Shown: positions 23,105 to 35,978, counted from the first letter of the whole stretch. The stretch is DNA of 63,797 bases, filler included, from Globobulimina sp. (GCA_003354225.1; 35 parts of 35 records of this genome joined end to end with filler, not necessarily neighbours in it); one strand, 5' to 3'. Numbers and translations: made by a program. The notes: generated from the letters alone by a model not told the origin.

Positions 23105-23645
23105 ATGTTGAAATCACTTTCCAATTTAAGACAGGCAGAGCGCGATGTAGTGACAGGATATTATCGACTGAATTTCTACAGATATCTGTCGATGGAGATT
23201 ATGCATTTATCCATGTTATATACATGGCTGTTGGAAGAATTTGACTGTACTGTTAACTCGAAAAATATTAAAATCAAAGGAAAGAATAAAACCATATGCT
23301 ATGCACTGAAGAACCATCATTATGGCTCAGTATTTGGTAGAAATAGCATCAGCTCCGCACCGAATGAGTTGCATAATTATTATCATTGGAGATTCAAAAT
23401 ATTGGCTATTCCAAATATCGCGAACGTATTAACATTGGAGATTCAAAATAATTTTATTATTGGTCTAATGAAGGAATCTGAAACTTGCAATTGTGGCAAT
23501 TTATCATTTGCGACGGTAACAGGAATTAAGCAAACTGCATTTGCATTCATTGGAAATCAGTTCTCAACAATCAGAGGAAGTAACCATTCAATTAACTCAT
23601 ATTCAAACGAAGCATTCAAAAATAAACATGATATCCTCGATATGT
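23105..23645 (+). CDS. SPRY/B30.2-like protein, partial
   Basis: SVFG....YHWRFKI...FIIG pattern shared with the 31247 and 54831 genes. Confidence 0.5.
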
Positions 23646-23745
23646 NNNNNNNNNNNNNNNNNNNNNNNNNNNNNNNNNNNNNNNNNNNNTTAATTAATTA
23701 ANNNNNNNNNNNNNNNNNNNNNNNNNNNNNNNNNNNNNNNNNNNN

Positions 23746-24561
23746 AGTTAAGATAATCAAATCAGGTTTGTGCAATAATATATCTTTACATATTTTTTGT
23801 AACCTTTCCACTGTGCATAATGCCCCCAAATGACAATCAGTAATTTGACATATTTTTAGTGCATTTAATCCATTTGATTTTGTATTCTCGTGAATAATAT
23901 AAGCTTTATCTGATATTCTCATCGGTTTGGTACATGACAGTTTATGGTATTTTAATAAATTTGGTATGTTGATATTGCAATATGTCCATCTCGTATTTAA
24001 GCTAATATGTATGCCATGTATTGAACTTAAGAAATATAAAATATATATCATTAAACATGGTTGATATGTATTATAATTGGATAAGATGGGAAATATTGGC
24101 AATGTCCATAGTTCTAAAAATAAAATTGAAAAATGAATTGATGCAGGCCAATTTATTAGAATTCGGTATAATATTGAACGTTTTCCAGGATTTGTTAAAT
24201 AATTCAATATATCTAAAAATAACGTTATATGCATATATTCTAACACAAAAGCTATGCCATATTTTATCTTGCTGTTAGAAGTATTAATATCAATGGAATT
24301 TAGAATTGATGTATGGACAATAACATTTACTAATGATGTCGCTGAACCTGCCACTAACGGCAAGATCGGGAAACGTGTATTTGGATTTTTGTATTGATTT
24401 GCATATTTTAATAATACAGCAAGCAATACATGAATAGAAGCAGATGGCAATGCAAATTTCCATATTAATTTAGATTTAAAATACAGTCTGGATGTAAATA
24501 ATGCACCTCCAATGAGTCCTGTGAGTAGTGACATTGCAACTAGTCTACTTGGTCTTGCCAT
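23746..24561 (-). CDS. Transmembrane metallophosphoesterase (TMPPE-like), N-terminal part
   Basis: Several TMs, then ICQITDCHLG and KPDLIILT. Confidence 0.8.
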
Positions 24562-24664
24562 TGCAACTAGAAACGAATAAGTGTTTTTTTTATTATTTTC
24601 TTTATAGTTTTTTGCTTAAATTATCCTTCAGTTTGCTTAAATTGTACACAAGTCGTACATTTAC

Positions 24665-25471
24665 AATGCTGAAAAATATTCCCGAAGCAGCAGTATTGTC
24701 TGTCATTGTGAAAGGGTTTATGAGCGCAACACAACGTATTTTATATCCTCAAATCATTCCAAATGAAATTAATGATCTATGTTTAAAATACTATTTTGAA
24801 GTTGAGTTTTATTTGAATATATAACGTTGTCTGAATTGTTATTTGTAATAAATGAAAAGTTGTGTAAAGATCCAATGATTAATTTGGATCGTTCACAACA
24901 ATTGGCAAAAGAAGGAAATTTGAGCGAAGCATATTATGAAATGGCTCGATCATTTGAATGTGAGTGGAAACAGTCATTTTTAAAATATTATAAATCATTG
25001 AAATTAGTAAAAGACAAAAAAATACAAGAAGCGTATGCTGAAATGAGACCGACATTTCACTCACACTTTGAAATAACAAGAGCGCGAAAACAATTTACCG
25101 TTTTTGCACATAACATCCTTATTCCATTGGGAAAATATGAAGAATTACATTCATTGATATCAAAATTAATTCGCAAAGATCCACAGTTTGATGCAGTGTA
25201 TCTCGATACTAAAGCTGACCTATTACAAATCCAAAATAAAATGAATGAAGCACTCAAAATTGCACAAACAAACACCAAAAATTATCCAAATAACCAATTT
25301 TTCTGGAATACACAAAGTAATATTTTGTTTGAGATGGGAGAATACGACAAATCTAAAGAATGCATATTGAAAGCAATGGAATTGGAACCAAACTATGTTC
25401 GGATTAATGAGAGATATATTAATTTGCTGCGCAAATGTGGAAAATGGAAAGAAATTGAACCATTTACAGAC
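24665..25471 (+). CDS. TPR-repeat protein, probably spliced, partial
   Basis: TPR pattern W...SNILFEMGEYDKSKECILKAMELEP. Confidence 0.7.
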
Positions 25472-25634
25472 NNNNNNNNNNNNNNNNNNNNNNNNNNNNN
25501 NNNNNNNNNNNNNNNTTAATTAATTAANNNNNNNNNNNNNNNNNNNNNNNNNNNNNNNNNNNNNNNNNNNNTATAAGTGAGAGTCATGCAAGAAAGAAAT
25601 CACAAAATATCATAAACTTTTTGTGTTTATATAA

Positions 25635-26462
25635 TTAATTGAATAATCCAGAATATTCACCGCCTCCACGTTGCCGTTTTATAATTGATCTCAATTCAAT
25701 TCCTTTTAAAGAATCCTCCAACCGGCGATGTCTCATTCTATCCTTGTTTTTTGACCTTTTATAGCATATTCCAATACATATCAAACATCCACATCCCAAT
25801 ATTGTGGCTATTGATACCAAATAAAATGCTGTCATATATTTATTTTGCCCTTTAGATGGTACCTCTGTTACCACTCTCCCTGTCACTGTCGGAGAATTTG
25901 TCGGTTCTAACGTTGGAGAATTAGTTGGATCAAATATAAATTCCGGACTCATACTCGGCTGCATGGTCAATGGAGATAATGTTGGCGGAGTTGATGGCTT
26001 CTTCGTAGGTTCCGTTGTTGGGGAACGTGTTGGAGAACGTGTTGGATTTGATGATGGATTGGTTGGTGCGTGTGTCTCATATGTAAATGTCGGCGAATTT
26101 GAGGGAGAAAGTGTTGGGTTTGATGATGGATTGCTTGGTAGTTTGGTTGGTGAGTTTGTCTCATACGTAATTGTCGGCGAATTTGATGGAGGGTCTGTTA
26201 TTTCGGCAGGATTCATTGATGGTGGCAATGTTGGATTTATTGTGCTTTCTGATGGAGACAATGTCGGATTTATTGTTGGATGTATTGTGGGCTCTAACGT
26301 CGGCTCCACGGTGGGCTCTGCCGTAGGCTCCAAGGTTGGCTGAGTTGGCTCTAACGTCGGCGCCATTGTGGTTGCAGTAGTGGATGTATTTGTTGTAAAC
26401 AATATTAATACCCACATTAGGAAGCATATTTTCAAATAGCAATATGTTGTGTATTTATGCAT
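25635..26462 (-). CDS. Type I membrane mucin-like protein with PT/PS repeats
   Basis: Signal peptide, xxPT repeats, TM, basic tail. Confidence 0.8.
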   Translation of the reverse strand: MHKYTTYCYLKICFLMWVLILFTTNTSTTATTMAPTLEPTQPTLEPTAEPTVEPTLEPTIHPTINPTLSPSESTINPTLPPSMNPAEITDPPSNSPTITYETNSPTKLPSNPSSNPTLSPSNSPTFTYETHAPTNPSSNPTRSPTRSPTTEPTKKPSTPPTLSPLTMQPSMSPEFIFDPTNSPTLEPTNSPTVTGRVVTEVPSKGQNKYMTAFYLVSIATILGCGCLICIGICYKRSKNKDRMRHRRLEDSLKGIELRSIIKRQRGGGEYSGLFN

Positions 26463-26626
26463 TTTGTTGACTCGTCACAACGGCATTATCATTAATGATT
26501 TTTTTTCAATAAGTTAAGACTGACTTGAACAATGCTATTAAAAGATACTACACCTCCTGCGAACGCAAGGGAATGTTCGGACTACAGTGGTGGAGTATCT
26601 ATCTGAATATATCGTTGAGCTGTATA

Positions 26627-26837
26627 CTTTAGAATAGGACCTGTTTGAAACACATTGTTTTTAAAATTACAGTTTGAATTCAAAACATTTCGTTTTTGAA
26701 ACACTGCCTGTTTATAGCCTATGTGCGTATGAATGTAATTTATGTAACATCACGAATTTAAAACAGATGAGTTTAAAATAAGCTCTTTAAATCAAAATTT
26801 CCAAAAGGCGATATTCTAAACACGTCCTATTCTAAAG
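26627..26837. mobile_element. MITE, same TIR family as 5919-6061
   Basis: TA|CTTTAGAATAGGACCTGTTTGAAACAC ... GTCCTATTCTAAAG|TA. Confidence 0.75.
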
Positions 26838-26909
26838 TACACAACAAATATTGGTAATTAAAAAAATACGGGTACTAATAAGTACTATACAATTTAATAT
26901 TATTTATTA

Positions 26910-27297
26910 TTAATATTGTGTAGATCTGGCCGCCGATGTTGCATAAAATGTAATAATATCCGCTGCAAAATTAGAAACATCTACCACATAATCTAATTGT
27001 TGATATTTATCATCATTAAAAATCGATTTTGGATACAATAAGTTTTGTACGGGACCATAGATACTTATTTCAAACACCACAACAAAAAATATATTTGCCC
27101 ACCATGCCATATCTTTGCAATATCCCATAACCGTCGTTGTAATTAAGTGTGCTATGCCAATGCCTAAACATATCCAAATTGGTTTTGATGTTATAAATGG
27201 TATAAACATCAACCAACTAAAAAACATTGCAATCCAAATTATTGACCAAAACCATCCTGTTTCATAACCTTCATCTTCTTCAAACTGATTTGTTTTG
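26910..27297 (-). CDS. Multi-pass membrane protein, C-terminal fragment
   Basis: Hydrophobic ORF open to contig end. Confidence 0.5.
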
Positions 27298-28211
27298 NNN
27301 NNNNNNNNNNNNNNNNNNNNNNNNNNNNNNNNNNNNNNNNNTTAATTAATTAANNNNNNNNNNNNNNNNNNNNNNNNNNNNNNNNNNNNNNNNNNNNTTT
27401 ACAAAGATTTTGTGTTCGGTTCATGCTTGCCATCGTTTATTTTGGCTATGTTTGAGAATATTCTTTGACGTTGAAGTTGTGTTAGTACAGTATTTGTTTT
27501 AGAGGTTTTAGAGTCCCAGTTTTTTCTGTGACATGAAAGTAGGTTCCTCTGGTCGCAGAATCAAAATAATCTGGTCGCAGTTTACACATTTATGTTATTT
27601 GGTTATTATAGTAGGTTTTAAAGAAACCTACGATGCAAAACATACGATCAAATTTGTGGTGACATCTGTGTCGACAATCAAAAAGTATGGCAAAAGTAAA
27701 AATAATATCCAATTGGCAATCAACAGCATTCCAAAATACATGTGCAACTCCATTTGGACTATCACAATAAATACGAAGTATATCATATCAAGTTTATTGG
27801 TTAACAAACTGTCTGGACGTACATTTATCAGCAATTGGTTATCATTATTACTTGATTGTGATTTATAATCCGCTTAAAATGGATACCGTTTTGTAAACAA
27901 TGTGCTTTGAATTTGGCACAATTTAAATCGGTGCATGGTGTATCAACAACGCAAATATCGCATGTTATGCCAGTCTCGCTCCATATCAAACAACCAAACA
28001 ATTTTGCATAATTTTGCAATGATTACAAGGAATTTGCAACATAGTGAACATACGATTCAATCTTATGTTATTTCAATTTGCTTAAATCTTACGTTTGGCA
28101 AAAAGTGCGTCAGAAACAACACAAGTTTTGTTTTGGACACAGTTTTTAAGTTTTGTTTTGGACACTAAATCCTCTAATTTGTTTTTTGTTATTATTTATT
28201 GATATTGAAGA

Positions 28212-29095
28212 ATGGCACTGCAACTGATCGATAAATTATTGGCTAAAATCACAAACGATACTAATGTTAATTATAATACATTGTTGGAAACGCCATCAAT
28301 CGAGTCAACCATATTATTAATTTGTGATATGCAACAATCTGAATATAAAGATAGTAGTCAATCTAGCACAAATATTAAATCTATGTTGGTCAATTCACAA
28401 TTTGTGATTAACTCATGCTTTGTATTTGAGATTCCATGCATCTTTTCATTCCATGAGAATGCTGATAATATGTACAAATATCCTCAACTTAACGTCAACA
28501 AAGAAATGGAGAAAAATAAAAATGTCTATATTTTCAATAAAACATCATTTTCAATGATTAAGGTATGCTACAAATTGGATTTTGAGCAAGTTGGATTTGT
28601 CACCAGTCTACGCTTAGTGGGCAGCGCCAAGATTGACAGAGAAGTTTACTGATCCAACTTGCTCAAAATTCAACCACATACTGATCACAACCTATAAAGG
28701 ATTCAAACATTGAACAAAGATTACAAACAATGGGCAAACGTACTGGCAAAGTGAATATAATAATTGTTGGCAGAAATGAACGCAATGCATTGATTGAAAC
28801 AGTGATTGATTTAATAAAAAATGAATATATTGTTCATGTTTGTATAGATTGCATAGATATCATTGATAACAAACAGAGAGATGTTATTTGTAACAGATTA
28901 TTACAAATCGGGTCAAATATAACAACATCGCAGTCTGTAATTTATCAACTAATGAAAGACAAAAATCATAACAAATTTAAAAGTATATTACATCTCACAA
29001 AACAACATATAAAATCGTTAAATTCATTGCCATTTAACTTTTTTGGCTTAGTTTCGTTTCGTTTCATTTCAACGATTAGAAAAGTTTTTGGTTAG
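28212..29095 (+). CDS. Isochorismatase-domain protein (ISOC-like), intron 28563-28699
   Basis: LLICDMQ, KTSFSM, VHVCIDCI, TTSQSVIYQL; GT-AG intron joins the two ORFs in frame. Confidence 0.8.
28575..28673. repeat. 22-bp inverted repeat spanning most of the intron (MITE-like)
   Basis: TTGGATTTTGAGCAAGTTGGAT / ATCCAACTTGCTCAAAATTCAA. Confidence 0.8.
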
Positions 29096-29242
29096 CTAGA
29101 GTGGTTTTGAACCTAGCATTCGANNNNNNNNNNNNNNNNNNNNNNNNNNNNNNNNNNNNNNNNNNNNTTAATTAATTAANNNNNNNNNNNNNNNNNNNNN
29201 NNNNNNNNNNNNNNNNNNNNNNNTGAAATTTCTGGATATTTC

Positions 29243-29911
29243 TCAACTTTGTGATGTTGGATTGTGAACCGCCGGTTTTTCAGTATCTTTCCTGGCAAAG
29301 CCAGCTCTTAATTGCCTCGAATTGTACATAATTCCTGCAACTTCATCCAATGCTGTTTGTGCATCCTTGTCATTTTCAAATGTGACAAATCCAAATCCAC
29401 GATTATGGAAATCACGGTTTTTATTTGCTGGCAAATGAACATCAATCACAGTGCCGTAATTTTCACACAATTCCCATAAATCATTGCGATTTGTACTAAA
29501 ATTTAAATTTGAAATAATTAATCTGTCTTTCATGATTAAATCGGGGGATAAGTCATCATGGCCAAATTTCCATTGATCTGATTTTTGTTTTTGTTGTTGT
29601 GGTGGTGCTTTTTTTGTATTTATTTCTGCATTTTCTGTATCTGATTCGTCAGAGTCACTAAAATCAGAGAAATCCGATAAATCTGAATCTGTATCAAAAG
29701 CCTCATCGTTGGTTTTTTTGGTACAGAATGAAAATGCGTAATGATTATTATACAAATTATTATTTGATATTTGTTGTTGATTTACAAAGAGATGCTTTTG
29801 AGATGTGGTTATACATTGTTTTTGTGTTAGAATAAGACGTGATATGGCTGCAGAATTAAATAATTTCGAATGAGATATTCTGTTCAATAATCTATAATTT
29901 GCAGATGACAT
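29243..29911 (-). CDS. RRM protein with putative mitochondrial presequence
   Basis: LIISNL (RNP2), RGFGFVTF (RNP1). Confidence 0.9.
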   Translation of the reverse strand: MSSANYRLLNRISHSKLFNSAAISRLILTQKQCITTSQKHLFVNQQQISNNNLYNNHYAFSFCTKKTNDEAFDTDSDLSDFSDFSDSDESDTENAEINTKKAPPQQQKQKSDQWKFGHDDLSPDLIMKDRLIISNLNFSTNRNDLWELCENYGTVIDVHLPANKNRDFHNRGFGFVTFENDKDAQTALDEVAGIMYNSRQLRAGFARKDTEKPAVHNPTSQS

Positions 29912-29991
29912 TTGTTGCTATAAGAACGGTATTGTTGCTAGGATGTATACGTAATTTCCGGAAAATTCGTGGTTTAACGAAAAATTTTATA

Positions 29992-30949
29992 ATGGCAACT
30001 GCAATTTCATTACAAAATGATGAGTCACCAAAGGACAACAATAATAACAGTCCGGATGTGGACAAAGCTTTTGATTTGCCTCTGATTGTATCAATTTGCA
30101 CTGAGTATTGTGATTCAGATGAAGAAATCTATAGAGATAATGTATATGACACTTCTAATTCTGATGATGTAGAGTTAAATAACAATCATCGTCAACATCA
30201 ATCCACAGCGGACACAAAGAATCAATCCACAGTGTCGTATTCGAGATTGAAAGATAATACAAAGCGTGAACGGGAAGAGAAGGATAAAATTGATAAATAT
30301 TGGAGACAATTAGTGCTGTATATAATTTATAATTCGTTGAGATTTTTACTGATTGGTATCATAATATTGATTGTCAACATTCGGCATGCAAATGACGTAC
30401 AAAATTTTAAGGTGTGATAATTATCGGATTTTGAACAACATCATATAGTGTTTCTACATTTTTTTTACAGAATGGCAATGATAAAATGGTTTGTTGTTTG
30501 TGTTATAACTATGCCAAATCTCAGCAGGTGACCTATAGAATGGATTGGAGTATGTGTTACGAGCCATGTAATCATTGCAAATCCTGTGAAAATATTAATG
30601 ATTCGAATGACGAATGTAAGATGCCCTCAAAGTCCATGCCCATGGAGTTTATGAACAGTGTAGATACTAATAATTCTGATGAATGTCCGGAGAAATTATC
30701 AATAACATCGTTCAAATTCTTTGTCAAAAATTATTTATTTTACGGCGTGGGAGCTCTGAGCTGCGTCATCGTGTATATTATATTTATGATTGTTGCGTCA
30801 ATTATTAATAAAGCAACAATCATATCCTCTGCGGTGGTGTTTATATTTGCAAACATTCAGATATCATTAGTTTGCGCTTATTGCATCACAAAACCATATC
30901 AACATTATTTAGAGACATTTCCCTATGATACCTTTCAATTTGAATGTGA
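29992..30949 (+). CDS. Membrane protein, spliced, partial
   Basis: Two ORFs with TM segments separated by a GT..AG interval. Confidence 0.55.
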
Positions 30950-31246
30950 NNNNNNNNNNNNNNNNNNNNNNNNNNNNNNNNNNNNNNNNNNNNTTAATTA
31001 ATTAANNNNNNNNNNNNNNNNNNNNNNNNNNNNNNNNNNNNNNNNNNNNAACACATCGAAGGTACGGAACTGGTTTTTTTGTTTTTCTTACTTTTAACGC
31101 GGCCATTGCTGATTTGGATACCTTTGGGCCGCGCTTTTAATGCGTCCATTGTAGTTACAATTTTTCAAAACTGAACCCTCTGAACCAATCTACAGGGAAA
31201 GTACTTGTCAAACCCAAAAATCTCTTTTATTAAGTGACTGGCAACC

Positions 31247-32729
31247 ATGTTACAATTCTTGCAGCCAATGCTGTCTTTACTACCTAAACGTAAATGGGTC
31301 TGTAATTCAGCCACAGATTTCTGTAATGTATGTTGTACCAAAATTAAATCTGGTTTATTATCAAGTAATAAACATCATTGTCGATATTGGTATGTCCATC
31401 ACATAAAATTAAACAACGCCAATATATATATACATACATACACCAACACACAGTGGGAACATTGTATGTCATCAGTGCAGCGCCACCACATTAAAGAAAC
31501 ACCGCATCTGCGACAGCTGTGCTCAATTAATCCGACAACAACAAAGCAATCGTAACCCATTTAACAACACGGACTGCGACAGTGACAGCGAAGAAAAGGA
31601 AGAATTGTCACCGTACAACACACCAATGTTGAAATATAAAGAATGCTCAGTCGATACCATCGACGAAATGGACATAATCGACAATGAATACACATGCCTG
31701 GACATCGCATTGCCGCCCACCACATCGTCCATATCAATGTCCTCATTTAATATATTCACAATGGAGAACACCCACTCATTATATAACAGCAATCATTTTG
31801 CCAAAAAACAACAGATTAAATCCTATTTAGTGCATGGATTTGTGCGTAAATGTTGGAAGATATCCTTACAATTTAATTGCTGCAAATTAATGAGTGAATA
31901 TCCATGCGATGATATCATGCATTTATTGGTAGAATTATTGAGTATATCCGACTCATTCGATGAATACCACACCAATTTAAATATTATCATTAGTAATAAG
32001 CCATTGTACCATTTAAAGTCGTATAGGAATGTCCAATATGTGGAGAGAACCAAGGAGTGGAATATGGAGTGTTACCATAGCTTTGGTAATGATGTCATAC
32101 GTCGCGGTGCTAAGAAAGTGTGGAAATTTAAGATTTGCGGCGAGAGAAATAATGCACAGAAACCGTGCATTCTTATTGGTATCGTGGAAGATGACAAAGT
32201 TAAGAACTTCGTGGATGAATATTGTGGCAGTTTCAATGATGAATGGAATGACGGATATGCGCTATATACGGCGGACTGGAACATTTATCACAAAGATGCA
32301 AAAGGTACTTATACCTGTTTGTTTACATATTTTTTACATATTCTTTGTGTACCTTACTTGCAATAAATAACCAATTTCAGTTTGAAACTGCGTGAAATAT
32401 CACAACAATTAATTTTTTTGTTGAAAGGTATACGATTTACATCAGATTTTGTAGGGATTGATATAACACCAAATGATTTGATCAGCGTTGAAGTTGATTT
32501 AACACAAAAATATCCTGCAAATATTAGTAATTCGTCAAAATCGACGATGACATTAACAGAATATTCAAATAATTCTCGGTGTGGCACATTGAGATATTTA
32601 TTTAATGGGAAATCAAATGTATTCCAAAATGATGGGATTGCATTTGATAATATAGATATTAATAAATCATATCGATTGGCCGTTGGTATGTATTTAAGAG
32701 ATAAATTGGCTATGTTTCAGATTGTATAA
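31247..32729 (+). CDS. FYVE-finger + SPRY-like protein, introns ~31390-31453 and ~32305-32428
   Basis: Splicing restores KHHCRYCGNIVCHQCS...RICDSC. Confidence 0.8.
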
Positions 32730-32875
32730 TTTAGATTTTATTATTGTTTATTGTTTTTTTTTATATATTTCAAATNNNNNNNNNNNNNNNNNNNNNNNNN
32801 NNNNNNNNNNNNNNNNNNNTTAATTAATTAANNNNNNNNNNNNNNNNNNNNNNNNNNNNNNNNNNNNNNNNNNNN

Positions 32876-33351
32876 CCTCGACTGTGTCTAACATGGAACA
32901 GTATGCTATCAAAGCATATGCCAAATCATTAGAGGTTGTGCCAAGAACACTTGCTGAAAATACTGGATTGAATGATACCGAAATTATATCAAAATTATAC
33001 AAAGCACACTCGGAGCCAATGGAAGAGTCCAAAACTGAAACAAAAGAGGATTTTTTTTTTAGACAGGACGAGGATGAGGATGAGGTTGAGGATGAGGATA
33101 AGAATGAGATATTGAAATCAATCGTGGCGTCGCCAGCAAACATAGGAGTTGATATTGTCAATGGCGGTGTCCGTGATATGACCAAAGATGGTGTGGTAGA
33201 TTTAATGGCTACGCGACAAATGGGGATCAAATTAGCAACGCAAGCAGCCACTACTATATTGCGCGTGGATCATATTATCATGAAAAAACCTGCGGGCGGG
33301 CCTAGAAAACCAAACAGAGGACATTGGGATGATAACGATGAAACCTGGTAA
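32876..33351 (+). CDS. CCT8: T-complex protein 1 subunit theta, C-terminus
   Basis: EQYAIKAYAKSLEVVPRTLAENTG...TILRVDHIIMKKPAGGP. Confidence 0.9.
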
Positions 33352-33481
33352 ATGGACAACATATATTTATTGCATGATATTACTTTAATTTGTGATTAAC
33401 TTGTTTCGCTACACGCCATTTTGACTTCCATCGCAATTTTTTTCTGAATTTAAAAAAACGTTTACTTGAAGATCTTTTTTA

Positions 33482-34531
33482 ATGTGTTCAATACATACTC
33501 TTGTAATATGTCTGGTAATCGAGTTCGCTGTTCACCATTATGCAGAAGAAATATTTTATGATGACTGCTCTTCGTTTGCAGGATGGACAAAAACACAAGC
33601 AGCATTATCCAATATTGATTGTGTGAGTGAATGGTGTTTTCAGATCGCTGCAGGTAATGCAATTACGAGTTCAGCAATTTCCGTCAGAAATTATCAAAAT
33701 ATTAAACTTAAATTCGCCATTAAACCTAGTGAGTTTTGTAAAGTTTATTACAAACCCAATAACAATGATACTTGGATGTTAGTGCGGCAGTATGGATCTC
33801 ATATGAACAACATATGGCAAAATTCAGTTATTGAGTCATTACCAAGCAATTGCAATAATATTCAAATTAGGTTTTATTTACAAAAAAACAATAATGAAAC
33901 AGACAGCTGTTTTATTGATGAAATATATTTATTTGGAAATAAAATGAATAAATCAATCACTAAATACGGATTGCATTTTATTATTAAATTTAAATATGAA
34001 TTATTACTGAATGCAACAATCGATACTATTAATTTATTATTACAGAATATAACAAATTCTTTGATTGGTGATGCTGGTATAAAGTATAAAGATGTACAGA
34101 TTTTAAATAATAATAAATCCGTAATAATAAATGCAACAATACATGTATGTGATGCAAACACGCAAAACAAATTGATTGTACATTTCGGAAATAGTTCAGA
34201 AACAGAAGCAAATTTTATGAAGCAAGTCAATCAAAAACAGATTATTGTTGCTGTCGATGGATCTGTGGTGGTTGACGTGGAACCTATTTATATTTTCAAC
34301 AATACAGTGAATGAGGTCCCACACATAATAGTGATTGGCTTTGTTTTATTAGCGTCAGTCGGCGTTCTTGTTATAATATTTTTATTCAAAACATTGAGCG
34401 AACAAATCGAAACATGCAATATTTGCGCTATGTGTAATAAAAATAATATTTATAATAAGGAGAATAATATCATTGATGATTGTGATATAAATCAAAATGA
34501 ATTTGAAAATGAAAATGAAAATTGGCATTAG
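33482..34531 (+). CDS. Type I membrane protein, unknown function
   Basis: Signal peptide, beta-rich ectodomain, C-terminal TM. Confidence 0.6.
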   Translation: MCSIHTLVICLVIEFAVHHYAEEIFYDDCSSFAGWTKTQAALSNIDCVSEWCFQIAAGNAITSSAISVRNYQNIKLKFAIKPSEFCKVYYKPNNNDTWMLVRQYGSHMNNIWQNSVIESLPSNCNNIQIRFYLQKNNNETDSCFIDEIYLFGNKMNKSITKYGLHFIIKFKYELLLNATIDTINLLLQNITNSLIGDAGIKYKDVQILNNNKSVIINATIHVCDANTQNKLIVHFGNSSETEANFMKQVNQKQIIVAVDGSVVVDVEPIYIFNNTVNEVPHIIVIGFVLLASVGVLVIIFLFKTLSEQIETCNICAMCNKNNIYNKENNIIDDCDINQNEFENENENWH

Positions 34532-34700
34532 CTGTTACAATTATATATATTACTAGCTTTGAGTTGTTATTCTTTTATGAAATTATATTCTTTTATGAAA
34601 NNNNNNNNNNNNNNNNNNNNNNNNNNNNNNNNNNNNNNNNNNNNTTAATTAATTAANNNNNNNNNNNNNNNNNNNNNNNNNNNNNNNNNNNNNNNNNNNN

Positions 34701-35978
34701 CCAGAGGAATCAGGATGCTACGTACATGAAAATATGGATAATTGTTGTCGATGCCAATCGTATGCCAAAAAATATATAATATTACAAGCTTCGGGAGCTG
34801 ACATTGATAACATGCCAAACTCAGACCAGCCATATTACCAACGATTGATACAATTATATGAGAATTTTATACCATTACACATTCAGAACAAAGCAAAACA
34901 AGATCTTAAAGCACAAATAAAAGAAAACGCACAGCAACGTAGCGATATGATAGATGATGAAGAAGAAGAAAAATATGACTCAACCACTTGTTTATTGGCT
35001 GCAGCTGATAATTATGACAAAGCAGCATATGTTTACAGTGCATCAGCTTTACCAATCTGTCCCAAAGTAGTCTTATTGGGTTTGGATCAAGTTTATAATA
35101 AAGAGAGTGGAATGGCGGAACCGCATAATACCTCTGTTTATACGCCGTGCAGTTATGTGGAACAAATCGCCGCTGCCAATAAACATATATTTTTGTTGGG
35201 TCCTTCCATCAATCCCTATCGCAAAGACTGTTTGCAAAAACTCATTGAATTTAAAAACAAGGGCTGTAATATCATCAAATGGTTACCCAATTCGATGGGC
35301 ATTGATCCAATGGATATGCGATGTGATGCCTTTTATGATAAATTAGCAGAATTGGACATGTTTTTGTTGACTCATACTGGACATGAACATAGTTTGGATG
35401 ATGCGGATTATACGGTGCAGGAATACGGCAATCCATTGCGACTTCGGCGTGCATTGGATAAGGGAGTAAAGGTAATAATGGCGCACTGTGCGAGTGAAGG
35501 GGATGACGCAGATTTGGATGCTGTGGAAATGGAGAATGGGCAATGCAAAGCAGGGAATGCCTGTGATTTGTTTATAAGAATGATGCGAGAGGAGAAATAC
35601 GAAGGGCTGTTATTTGGGGACATTTCTGCAATTACTGCGTTTAAACGAGTTGGAGCGTTACAAAAAATCATACAATGTAAGGATATTCATCACAGACTAA
35701 TTTATGGCAGCGATTATCCGGTGCCTGCTGTGAATGGCGTTGTGTGGTATGGCAGATTGGTCTCAAATGGATTGATTACCAAACAACAGGCTGTTGCTCT
35801 AAGAGAGATATTCAAATATAATCCAATTTTAGCGGACTTTATATCAAAACGAATCATGAGATATACGGATAGATTTGGAAACGTTCATCAATTTTCTCCG
35901 GTGGTGTTTCAACAGCTTCCATTGATTTGTAGCAATATCGGGGTTAATTTGAGCGTTAAACAGAAAAAAGATCAGTAA
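34701..35978 (+). CDS. Amidohydrolase-family (Amidohydro_2-like) protein, 5'-partial
   Basis: KWLP, HTGHE, GNPLRLRRAL, IMAHCA, YGSDYP. Confidence 0.85.
   Translation, partial: PEESGCYVHENMDNCCRCQSYAKKYIILQASGADIDNMPNSDQPYYQRLIQLYENFIPLHIQNKAKQDLKAQIKENAQQRSDMIDDEEEEKYDSTTCLLAAADNYDKAAYVYSASALPICPKVVLLGLDQVYNKESGMAEPHNTSVYTPCSYVEQIAAANKHIFLLGPSINPYRKDCLQKLIEFKNKGCNIIKWLPNSMGIDPMDMRCDAFYDKLAELDMFLLTHTGHEHSLDDADYTVQEYGNPLRLRRALDKGVKVIMAHCASEGDDADLDAVEMENGQCKAGNACDLFIRMMREEKYEGLLFGDISAITAFKRVGALQKIIQCKDIHHRLIYGSDYPVPAVNGVVWYGRLVSNGLITKQQAVALREIFKYNPILADFISKRIMRYTDRFGNVHQFSPVVFQQLPLICSNIGVNLSVKQKKDQ

Noticed and set aside
27398-28100. Cys-rich short ORFs
   Set aside because: No consistent frame or recognisable motif
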